From: Choristocarpus tenellus KU-1152
Lineage: Eukaryota > Protista > Phaeophyceae
DNA length: 36,232 nucleotides
NCBI GenBank assembly: GCA_964200185.2
Contig: CAXNAD020000046.1
Span: 1 to 36,232 of the forward strand
Direction of reading: 5' to 3'
The notes under the pieces are model-generated. The model had not been told where the DNA came from, ran no database searches, and saw only the letters and a program-made list of their open reading frames with translations. This document shows positions 22,601 to 35,300 of the stretch, piece after piece. The position numbers and the translations under genes are program-made. Position 1 is the first letter of the stretch. Each line of letters opens with the position of its first letter.

Positions 22601-25600
22601 TCAATGTTCCACCATTGATTCTGCAAATACAGTCCAACTGTGTTGACTCCGGTTCCATAGAAGGTGGAGCAAAATGTCAATAATGCTATCCACAGAAATA
22701 AACGTTTGCAACTGTCCTAGAAAGATGAATGCAATACATAATGCATTCACCGACCTTGGGGTTGCTGTGGTCCAGTTCGGACACACCAAAACTAATCAGC
22801 TGTGGTGCAGGTACTGCTCCCGATCCAAAGTCTTCCACACATGAGACCAGCCACAAAGAAGCTTCTGAGTGTAGTGTAGTGGCCTTGGCCTGACTGGCAA
22901 CCTTCAATAATCTGAAGACAAAACAGAAAAGTGCAGTGATAGATATAATTCAGTTGGGGTGACATTAGCTTTCCCTGAAAAAAACTATTACAGGTTACAC
23001 ATGTCATAGGTAGGCTGGAGTGCTTTTGCAGCGCATGTGTGTAAAGGATATAGGGTGGACAGACGCAAGGCTTCAAATATCTGAACATGCATGCTACTCC
23101 ACAATTGACTTAACTCCAATCTGACCACATCTATGCTACCGTCAAGGACTTTCCTTAACCCTGCTCATTGACTTGTGAGTCAAACTCACAGAGAAAAAAA
23201 ATGAAGTATAGACCATCAAAATGTGCCTCAAAATATGCATCAAAATGAGCCCTCCATTGTACCTGCGGATGACCCACGCAGGACCCAAAGCTTCAGATGC
23301 TGCATTCAGCAATAAGACCACAGGCTCCTAAGAAAGGCATGACACATGAATGGCATATGAATGACACATGAATGGCATATGAATGACACATGAATGACAT
23401 CTGAATGACACATGAATGTAAAGGATAAAGGGTTGTCAACAATACGAGGAAGGGAATATAATTGTACTACTTTCAACCATCATAGTACAGTACCAAATAA
23501 AATCAACATAGACACATTGTCAATTGGGGACAGAAATTTGCCTTCACCCTTGTCATTGAAAGACACATGTTCAGTCTCAATCTTTGCAATGGTTAGCTTG
23601 TTCCACACTTGTTCCACACCATTTTACCTTGAGTTTGCGGTCACCAAGTTTGTCAACTGCCGGGCACAGGACTGTTGAAACAGCACCCTTATTAGCCCTA
23701 GCTGCTGCACTTCCTCCATCCATGACTAAAATTGATGTGACGGCACCCAATGCAGCTTTGAGCACATTCATATTTGAGTCCTTGAAAGACTTGGTGTGAG
23801 CCGCCAGTACAACAACAAAGGCACCAAGGTATGCCTCTGGGTCTGTTGAAAGTGATCGTAGTACAGAGTACATCGCAAAGAGGTCACTAAAATTTAGATA
23901 TAAAATTTAATATAAATTATACATAAAAAATAGATATAAAAATTGGATATAAAGTTCGGAATATGTATTACAAGAATATATTCTTTAAATGTGGCGCACG
24001 GTACTATCTGAAACAATTTATAACTACTTCAACATCAAAAGTTGGAGTGGTCAGGATACAGATTGAGGAGTATTGTCAAAGTTCTGCCATACCTTGCAGG
24101 ACTGAACAAAGAAAGAGAACGGCAATAGTGCAAATTAGTTCTCAGAATATCCATTGACCAATGCACATTAGTGTACCTACTCCTGTCAACTCTGATCAAA
24201 CTACAACAATGTTCAACATTGAACTAGCTGCTCACTCATTTTTCACTCCCTTGGTATAGTAGACTTAGGGGATGAATGGCAATTACAATATATATTTGGG
24301 TGACACCTCATCAAAGGGTCAGAAAGATGTTCTTGTATCTTGTATTATCAATGCCATCATGTGTCATCATGATACAAGAATGAGACAATATAGAACTCAG
24401 TCTACACCTCAATATGCATCTGTCAACATGGGACATGGGACACTGATTTTGCACATAAATTGTTGTAACTGCACTCCCCAAGTAGAGGGCAAAACAGAAT
24501 ATAGTCCTATCCTTTACATACCATCATCCACAGAAAAGTGTGTGTTGGAACAGACTCAAAACTACAGTATATTTGATACATCCTATCATTTGATGTTTTG
24601 ATGTAGTACCCCAGACAGCAGCAGTTGACATAGAGGGAACCTTCCATACCTTTCTGCTGTAGTGCCTCACTCATCTTATCAATGCCTGCAACTTTGTTTT
24701 TCCATGCTGAACCCTTCAAGCCCTCAACAACTTCATCCCATTCCTGTAATCAGTGGGTATCAGGTATCACATGTTTCGTTGAAGGATGTCAGAGCAAAAT
24801 AAAAACATGGAAACAATCTATCTGCTTTGTGAAACAGTCCAGATCTGTCAAAATAAAATTAGGAATATAACACAACCCAACTGACTCTCTTCATTTTGAC
24901 AAAATGTGTACATGTGCGCTCTAATTTTCTGGAACATCATGACTTCAAATTGTTAGGCATGAACTTCATGGTCCAAGAAGTTGCGCAAGCATGGTAAGGA
25001 GTGTTTCTCCAAACTAAAAAATGTTCTCAAATTGTTAACAAAGAAAAGAAGTGGGAATCAATGCTTTGACAGATCTTACAATTCTGCAAGGCACCGTTTC
25101 CTTCATGACTACAGACATACAGACCTACACATGGCAATAGCAACAGAATACATGCCCATTCCTAGAGTTGTCAAGATGAGTTCTCTCCCTTAAAACAATG
25201 CAGTCAAGTATTGATTTTTATCATTTTGTCATTTTATCATTTTCCCGTTGCCATTTCCCACAATAAACATATCAGGGTATTGTATGTGGTAATCAGGAGT
25301 TTAGAGTAAGGTAGCGGTGAGAAGCCTACACCAGGAAAAAAATCAATTACAGCATCCCTTGCACAATAATTAGATGTTGACAATTGTGTCCATGGTAGAA
25401 TGTGGTTGAGTTCATTCAATAGATGTGAAGTGATGATGTGATGTCAAACTCATTTTGTTAAACAGTTGATTCAACAGAAGACAATAACCACATGCCACAA
25501 TATCACTAGAAAATGCTCTGTTGTCATTGATTTCATCATTAGAACTGCCTCAATGTCACATTCAAGCCTCTATGTCAACAAAATGGCCAAGAATACCTGT

Positions 25601-28600
25601 TCCAAGAGAATCATAATTATGTTCCAGGCAATCCTCTTTGAAACAACGTAACACTATTTGAAACAACGTAACACTCAAGCACCAACAACAAAAATATGAA
25701 AGCAAGTCTTACCTCAACTCCTAGAGTCTCCAGCTTGTCCATAGACACCTCAAGTGAAGGCATCACTTCCTCAGTCTCATCATCATTGTCACCCCCTGTA
25801 CAATAGAATAGTGTGATAAATCATACACATCACACATGTACATCACAGAAAAAACAAGACCATACAAAATATCTCCTCATCGTTCACATCAAATGCAAAA
25901 GGTAAGAAATGACTACGTCAAAAATGACTGTACACATTTCTTCTTAATACCACAAATGGCACAGCTGCAGCCAGGCACACCTTGTGCCCCAGCGGCAGCA
26001 GAAACCTTCCGACCAAGATCAGCAGTGGACTTGGGCAAAGGCCGCGTCTTCTTTGGAGGTTTCCCCTTACCCACAACACTGGGATTTGACTTGACCCCAC
26101 CATTTGCACCTGGGAGAAGGAATGATCTGGTTGGAGGCATATTCCCAAGTCTACTGCCATAGTTTTCAGTGCAGCATGACTGTTAGACTTAAATGACTGT
26201 TAGACTTACACAACATGACTGTTACACATACACACCATGACTGTTACACTTAAATAACATGGCAAAAATGATAAATACAATAATGTAAAAACTGCTCTAC
26301 AGTCCTTGACAAGCTTCCTCCCCCTTCCAAAAAAGAATCAACAGGCTGATGGTGCTACCATAATGTTTCTTTGGGAGTTGGTCAGTTTATCTGGGTAATT
26401 GAATATTTACTAATACTATCAAGCTGTACATTCTAAACTTCTCCATACAGGTCATTAAACTGGAATATCAGCCCCCTATTGTTTACATCCTTGGCTACAG
26501 TTAATATTTCTTGGAAGATTGCACACACATAGCTAATCTATGGAATGCAATAACGCAGGCCTCCATTAGTATGTCCACAAAGTAATACACACTGTCAACA
26601 AGGTAGAGTTGTAACATTCTATTTCTTACTCAGATCATTCCGAGGAGATGGTCTTGTTGATCGTGTAGGAAAGGTTAAGCATCAAAATTTTATATACATT
26701 GCACACCCTACTTCTATCTATCTATCTATCAATCTGTCCACTTGATGACAAAGAAACCAGCCAAGTGTTAAAACACCACATGATTGTAATCAATTGAGCA
26801 TGACGCATGACTGAAATGAAAAAAATAGTAATAATGACAATAGTAGTAGCAGTAGCAGTAGCAGTAGTGGTAAAATTATAATAATAGGGTGAGAGAGAGG
26901 TCAAAATCATGATAGGCAAAGAGCCAATGGGGGGCTATCATTGATAGCATTAGCACATTAACATCAAATACCTGCTCACAAGTACCATAGCATAATCGTT
27001 CACTTCCACACCAAAGTGGGTTAGAAATTGGTTCCGCTTCACTGCAATGACTAGAAGTGTGTGGTTAAGATACTAGGAGTTGCATCTCTTATGTTCCTGT
27101 TCTACAACTACAAACATAAAACAAATGATAAATTCTGATGCTTCACAAGGATTGTTTCATTACCAAGATAAAATATAGAAAGGAGCTTGCACTCAAATTC
27201 TTTTTTGTATATACTTCAACTTATATTCTGCAGTACCTATAGCTGAGCTCAGGCATCCATATGGTGAGTCCTTGGTCATCACTCAATAAGACAGAGTCCA
27301 ATGTGCAATCAAAGGTTATTTTAAGGCATTCAGATATGGCCTTCACAAGTAGGTAACAAACAAGCAACAAAGGTCCAATAATTTAAAAACAGCACCTGGG
27401 ATTGGGGGTTCTGCTAATGCCTTGGCCTTTCCTGGCACCTTGTCCCTTTGTGCTAAAGGTGCAGGGGGAGGTTTGGCAGTGGCAGCACTGGAGCTGGGAT
27501 CAGAGGAGTCCTTCTGGGTGTTTTCCTTTATCTTCTTGAAGGCCCTGAACATACAAGAATAATAACAATATCATACAAACACAACTTAGGATTGCCATTG
27601 GCAAGAGCATCACTCCTGTAAGATGCTTTATCAATGCTCCATATTACATCAAAACATATTCAGAGTTTATAATAACCAGTGTCCCATTTGCATCATTGAG
27701 GTAGAGATCCTGAGCAATTTTTTCCTGAGAGATTTTTATCCAATTGTTGTGTTGTGAGAAGTCTTCACCTGGGATTTGTATTTCCAAGCTCTTGTACCAC
27801 TGCCCACACCTGTGCCGCCGGTCCCCCATTGCCCTTATTCCCCCTGACCTCAGATCAAATGGAGGCAGACAAAATGCTTCAGGTGCTTGTACAGATCAGT
27901 CAGAGAAATACTTTAGAGACTGCAACCATTGGAACACACTGCTCCAGACAAGGTATCATCACAGTCCTTACAAGTAGGAATTTTCTTTTGTGACTCACAC
28001 ATTGCCCAGAAAAGTTGACATGTAAGCCTTGCCCACAAAAAAATCTTGTACTCTGCAGCAGGAGTAATATTGGACTTGCAGTCTACACTACGTATACAGT
28101 TCATCAACCTAACCACAGTATCCCACATCATACAGTACCATACCATGATATCATAATGGATGCACAACTCCACAACATACATACAGTACTTAACAGCTGT
28201 AGAGTATCATAGCACCAGATGAATTTGAAATCCACCATATTCTACACAGTCGTACATGCTGAGACCCAGAAGACCCCGATTTTCAAATACAAAAGATACG
28301 ACAATCAAGTAAATTGACTAGGTAAACAATCTCATCAAGTTATTGATGGTATCTATTTTTGGGGTTGCAGGCTTCAATCTAGCAAGAAGCATATGCAGCT
28401 GATGCAAGAACCGTTTAGGTTAGGCAGGGAATATTCCCTACCTGTGGAGTCCAATATGCATTTCTTTTAAGCTGGCACTTGCATAGATATTTTCTTCTGG
28501 ACCTTCTAAACCCAAAGAACTACTAACAAACCGATAGCTCTTACCAAGGGCACTCAACTGATGCACCATTTCCTGGTTAGTTCCAATGGGGCCCCATAAA

Positions 28601-31600
28601 ATCATCTAGTGATAAAAATGCATACACTATCTATTTGAAAGCATGTAATAACCATATCATACTATATGAAGCCCCTGATCACTTAGAAGCATGCAGTATG
28701 AGATGAGAACCTCTCTTCTCCAGTCTCAAATGGCCCGTGACATACTATCCTTGCCATACCCTTCCAAAGTTTACGTGATCTCTATTTTTCATGTGCTTTG
28801 TGCATAGCACTACCTCTTTTGAGCACAAATTGACAATATGATGTGGTACTTCAGTGGCAGAATGTTTACATGCTTGAAGTCCAAAATATTTCAAATTCAA
28901 TGTTGCAGTAGGATATTGTGACCAGTGCACCTCTGTTGGGCACTTCCTGATGGTAAATCAAGATTGAGAATACGAATCCACCACATAACAACCTCAGAAA
29001 CTGCTTGGCGTATGCATCAACCTCCAATTTTTGTAGTTAGACTTTCACCATGTGCACAAAAAAAACATAAAGAAAAGACAGTAATTCACCACCACCCCCT
29101 TCAGGTCTTGGCATGATAAAGTTTGTCAAAATGGTACATTCATGTACACACTACTACATACTTTATGCATACCATCAACTGCAATCACACTTGTCCACTT
29201 GTAAACTGACAAGTACCCTTGACACTTACTTTGATGCTGTTACAAGCATGCACAGGGCCCCACTTCCACCATCCCTTATCTTGGGGTCAGGATCACCCAA
29301 CATAGGCACCACAGCCCTGGAACAGACAATAGGCAAGACAAGTTATCATTCACTATTTTCACACAAGCCGCAATGATGGAAACAAGTGAAGGGGAACAAG
29401 TTCATCAAGTGAAAACTCTAAGTCTGTAATCACCCTGAATTAGACAGTGTCAACTTACTTCACCACAATTTTCTTTCCAGTACTTTGCCCCATAAGATAG
29501 ATAACTTACTCTCTTACCATGTTCACAAACAGAACTCCAATATTATGCTGTCGAGCATTGCTGAATGGCACCATCAACAGAGTGTGATAGCCAAAACATT
29601 ATAGCAAAGACAACAAAAAAGAGTACACTGCAAGCCAGGCTATCACAATTATAATCACACCACAAATCTCAGTGGAGAAATAGAACATTAAAAGCAGCAC
29701 TGTATTGAAACATCTCAGACAATACCTTGCCAACGTTGCCAGGGTTGAAGTGTCCACAGGAGGTTTGGGTTTGGCAACACATCGGCTAAGCCATTCCAGA
29801 GTTGCCAGGCGTGCATGTGCAGCCTTTTTAGTATCCAGGGCTGCTGTGATTTCCTCTGCCGCCTGTGCATGATAGCAACACATTCATATATATTGGCAGG
29901 CAATTTCAAAGATGTATCTGGGTTGATTCTCCTTTCAGCACATCCCCTCCTCATAGCAGGACAAGGTTGGCATTGCAGTAATGACTACTCCAGTTACCAG
30001 TGTATTAATGTATTAATGCTAGTGTTGTGAACCAAAATAATTTACACTTCAAATTTAATCAAATACAAAAATTTCCACTAGTCTCATTCTACAGGTGGCT
30101 CACAAGGTGACAGACATGTATAAAATGCACTACCTTCAACAAAGTGGAACATGATGCTTTGAGGCCAAAAGCTCTGTGGCTTGAACAAAGCAACTCTGAA
30201 GCCATGGGTGAGTAGTGGGTTGTGGGTGGTGACAGTGGCAGTGACACCTTGTGACCAATACACTAGAATGTGTAGTACTGTGACCAAAGTCATTCAATCA
30301 TACTTCTGTTTGTGTTGTGATTTTATGAAACAACCGAAGAACAAACCTTTCAGTTTAGTTACTTTGTTATCCCAATTAACTGAACTGAAATCGATAAAAC
30401 TGTCACGATTCGGAACACTAATTAATATATGCTTACTGACACGTCACATCAACAGTCACATTGGAGGTCTAGCCATTGAGCTGCCCACACTCCAACATAA
30501 CCTAAAAATTTTCTTTTCCTCCCAACCTGTTCAATGGGACCAAGAATACACAACACTCAACATAGAAAATACAATACTATAGTAATACTCAAGACTTCCT
30601 CCACCTGATCAAGGGAAAGAGGATTGCCATATAGTCTGTCCAGGCAGGGGCCTAGGGCAGTAGCACACTTCTTGTCCTTCAGTTTCTGCAACATTGATCC
30701 AAAAACTCCTCTGCAGTAAGGTGAGAACCCTGGCCCAAGCCCTTCAGCCATGAGGGAGAGAAGGCGATGTGATGTTATTGCCACCTGCATATAGATGTAT
30801 AGATAGCGTATGAGAACTGTTAGTCTTTGACAAGACAGGGAGTAGTGGCCTGTTTCAAGCATATAGATAAACGGCCAAGTATGGAAAAAAATATCAAACC
30901 TGCTTCTACAGTAATTTTTATACTCGGTTGGGGTTCCATCAATTAGTCTTGTTCTTAAAGAGTGCTAAGGACACCTCCTCCAACAAAGCATATTACTCAG
31001 TAGAGGGGGGGAGTAGGCACCTATCATCCACTTGTGAGGCAATTTTAGGGTTCAGCGCAAGTGTGTATGTAGTGGGGTGTGGAAGTATACCATTGGTGAT
31101 GTATGGCGATAAGCAGAGAAAATCAATAAGAAGGTGTGCATCACTTGGTATATCAATATCAGAACAAAAATGGTACTAACTACTTTACTCTATAAATCCC
31201 ACCTGGACATGGGAATGATCGCCAAGACGCTTCAACTGGCGGATCAGATCACCATAGTCGCCCGCTGCTAACTTGGGCAAAGGTCCAATCATGTCAACAG
31301 CTATGTTAAGCCCCTCCAGTATTTCACTCCACTTCTTCGCAGCAGTTTTTGCACTGAACTCTGTCTTTGGGAGTTTGCCAAGAAGGTTGACCTTTGATAC
31401 AGGTATATTGGTATGGAATGGGGTTAGTCACAGATCACAGTTCAAATATATTGTATTTTTTGTATTGTGAATACCACTTGTGGAGGGAGATCAGCAGGAA
31501 AAAGTCACTTCTCACCGGCTCAATGAACTCCTTGGGATCAAATGCTTCAGTTTCCTCTTCTTCCGGGAGTTCTTCCTGTCCAGGAGGACGCGCCTTAGGA

Positions 31601-32271
31601 CTGAGACACACAAGTGTAACAAGATCAGCCGTAAGTGTTTTTTCTACTACAAATGAAAAAAATGTGCTAACAGTGAGAGCAAGGAGCAAGACACCAGAAA
31701 ATCTGTGAAAGCATACAATATCTCACATAACACAAAGAAGAGTCATAATTAATACTTAGTACTAGTGTAAAATAATTATTCAGCAAGCTAAAAATGCATA
31801 GTCCCCAGCAAGAGTTGAGAACACCTCCTGTAGCTTACCACACCACACGCCATCTTCAGTAAGGTCCAAAATTCACGCTGTACTTGTGCATGCCAATAGT
31901 AGGCTACATTTGAACTGAATGAAAAACTTTTAATGGCATGGTGACTCAACAGTTACCCTGAAAATGAACTCAAAACAGAACTGATGGATCACTTCAACAA
32001 CAGGCTTTCATTAACTGCAGTTTGTGAGGTTATCAATGAGCATCCTTGTTCTCACCGATCCTTCCTGAGATATACTGTTGGCTTGCGCGGACCTGACTGC
32101 GCTGCAGCGTTTGCCTCCACCTGGTTGTCTACCTCGGATTTCTGGGCTGGCCGTAGATCAGCCAACACTGGTCCCAGAAATAACTCTCCGCACCATCCTA
32201 TCAGTTCAGCAGCAAGGAGTACCCCTTGTTGCCGAACAGGCACAACCTTGTGTGAAAGTATACCTGCTTGT

Positions 32272-32307
<36 letters not shown>

Positions 32308-35300
32308 GACAGAGAGAGAGGGTATCACCATTACTCAAAAGGAAGTTTGAATCAATCCTACAAAATCAGAACCTCAGCATGACAAACTGTGCATGACCAT
32401 AGTTGTTTCTAGAAGTTTTAAAAGACATCCAAAACATGTATGATCTACCGGGCAGTCACCTGGTAGGGCAGACTTGATCTCCTTGAGGGGCATTGCTTTG
32501 GCTCCAAACATCTGAAGGGCCTTTGTGATTGTACTAACACAAGTTGGTGGTACCTTGGGCTTCTTGTCTGTAAGACCATCCAGCAAGGCACCAACAACAG
32601 CATCTGGCACATCAACCTTCACCAGACCCAAACCAAGTTACAATGGTATTGTAGGGAGCAGATCAGGGCAAGCTATACCGTGAAACACATAAGGTTCCTT
32701 AGTTCCATGAGGGTCAATGCAGTGTTTAAACCATTCAGGTACATTCCTTTACATTGTTCATGCATCATCTGCCAAGTTTTCATGGTTATCATCACCCAAA
32801 CCACCAACAAAGTATATCCTCACTTTGCAACAGTTAAGAGACAGCTGTGATTGCAAGTATAAAAATTTAATAAAAGAACATCCAGTGTAAAAAATACTGT
32901 AGAATTAAAGTCTTCAATAGGGCTGCATTAACCCCTGCTTGTGAGTAACTCTTGCGTCAATGTGGATGTGAACACTAGTTTTGTGAGGGCGATATAACAC
33001 ATAAAGTGGTGAGTATATCATCATTATTTTTTTGCTGGTCTATACATTGACCAGGAGTAATAACTGATTGTGTCTTGCTCTTATAACCCTTCCCCAGTGA
33101 TTTGGGGCAAAGGGGACAGGTGGTGTGTGACAATGAGGGTCAACATCGCTGTTGTTGGGACAATGACTCAAAGGCGTACATAATGACTCAAAGGCGTACA
33201 TTGTAATGCAGTAAGCATCAGATCACCCACTCTTGGTCTCCACAAGGACCAAGGCACTAACAATGCATTGAAAAAAGTTTACCTATGTTCCTGATAGTGG
33301 GGGACACATTAGTGGTGTGAAAATAATGGGGTTGATTAATGGTGGTGAGGAAAGTGGACGTGGAATGACTGGAAGAAAGGCTCCAACAAAAGAACGTGGA
33401 TATACTTCTGAAATCAAAATCAAGTATGTGAAAACATATTGTGTAGGAAACATTTTCCTTCAGGGAGTTGGTCCTGTTGTTGGCAAGGGACCATTGGGCG
33501 ATTATATTACTTTTCTGCTTACTTTTTCTCCTTACGTGCAATACATGGATTGCAAGTAAAAAAAATACATGATTAAACCATTTGCCAAACAATTGGGGTT
33601 ACTTTAACTACCATGATTGAGTTCATGAAATGTGTTTATGATAAGATTGAGAAAAGGGGGAGATACAAATTGCCTTACCTCCATTAGCTTAAGCAACGCA
33701 GTCTCAGCCCTGCTGATTGTGCCAGGGCGGCCACTAAAGCCCTTGGCTATCACAGTTGGTGCCAGGTGGAGTGACTGGTCTGGAGCCTGAGCACATATCT
33801 CAGCATACACCAACAGGGTGTCCAGTGCAGCATCCATGCATGAAGCATTTGAGTCCGCCATCATTTTTTTCAGAAAAGGATCTGCAGTATCAACATCATT
33901 GTCAGCCATAGAGAAGGGTCAATGCACCACATCACAATCTTTACTGAAGAGTCATCAAGACATGGAAGTACTAGTTCAAAGTCTATCAGAATATATTAAT
34001 TCAATTATACTATTAACTCTGCAAGGAAAAATTATGGAAATGAGCTCCTACTTCATATGAACTCATTGTGGTAAGTACAGAAAGTAGAATTCACACCATA
34101 TTTGCGACCTTTGAACACAGGTGGCAAAGAAATGTTAAGGAAGCCATAACATTAATGCTAGACACTACAATACATCAGCAAAGGTCAAGAGGTGGAGATT
34201 GCACAAGCAATGAATGTGCATCATGCTGTAGATATGGCTGTGTTCCTGGGGTGAACTAGAATTGTTACGAAATATATTGCAACCTGGAATATTGAGAAGC
34301 ACAGGTAACTCTTGGACACTTTTTTTAAAAGAGCTTGCAAAGTTATCCTGTGCCTTTGAAACATGCCATTCCAAATGCCCTTATTTGTTTCTCATTTTGT
34401 TGCTGCACTTTAGACTCCAGTTCTGCTCAAAGAGTCTCACCCCAGTTACATAAAATTCACAACAATCTACTGGGGTGGGCAGACACATTTCCTTCCTTCA
34501 GTCATGGAGTCACTGGCAAGTGTCTAGGTTTGTGAACTGTAATATTGTGAAAGGCACTCTCACTGGAAGGGCTACAGACCTGACCGTAAACTACTTACAC
34601 TGTGTATGGGACACAGTCATATAGTGGCTGTCATTTCCAACCATGCGCACACAGAAATCCACACAAACCCATTATTTGTTACATTTTTCAAATACATATC
34701 CAAACACCCATACAATCATGTGTATGTATAATATACACACATTAGGCCCTATGATGAGAACAAGTATGTGTCATTGATTTTGATGCAGTGCACAATTTAC
34801 ACAAGTCCCCCCATCTATAACTGGAAGAGTTGACTTGCATATGTATTGTATGTGTTTGAAACATGTTGATTATTGCATGACATGTGAGCAAGACATCATA
34901 TCAATAGATAACAACTACCATTCTTTCAAAGGTATCTCATAAAGCAGTTCAAACATATACCAGGTATAGTTCAAATAATGTACCAAGTATACAGCAAAAC
35001 ATCCAAAAAAACGACCAGACTGTACAAATGTGCAAGCATTGAGCATAAGGGCACAGTACAGACCTATGCAACAGAGCTATGTCAAGAGTTGAGAACCGAT
35101 ATGAAGAAATAAAATTTTGAACATTTCATTGGATCTTCCTTTAGAGTTGCCTGAATTCAGCAATTGCTTACACAGCACCAAGCAGAAGTTCACAAAGATG
35201 TGTTGAGGCATGCAACACACAACAGACCTTCACAGAGCAGGATAACACATATGTCCACAAGATTCAATTCTTGGTGTCCAACTAGTGGAAGGTATGGAAC

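Noticed and set aside
26177-26251. Repeat-spacer pattern superficially like a CRISPR array
   Set aside because: 10-bp core with short, self-similar spacers, inside a eukaryotic intron, with no cas genes.
26624-26670. Possible extra linker exon PTRSTRPSPRNDL with a GTAAG donor
   Set aside because: No phase-compatible AG acceptor; the nearest one gives an in-frame stop.
33000-35300. Possible decayed TE fragments in large introns (also around 12550-13150, 18950-19650 and 28250-29000)
   Set aside because: No recognisable protein motif, TIR or TSD by eye; a repeat-library search would be needed.
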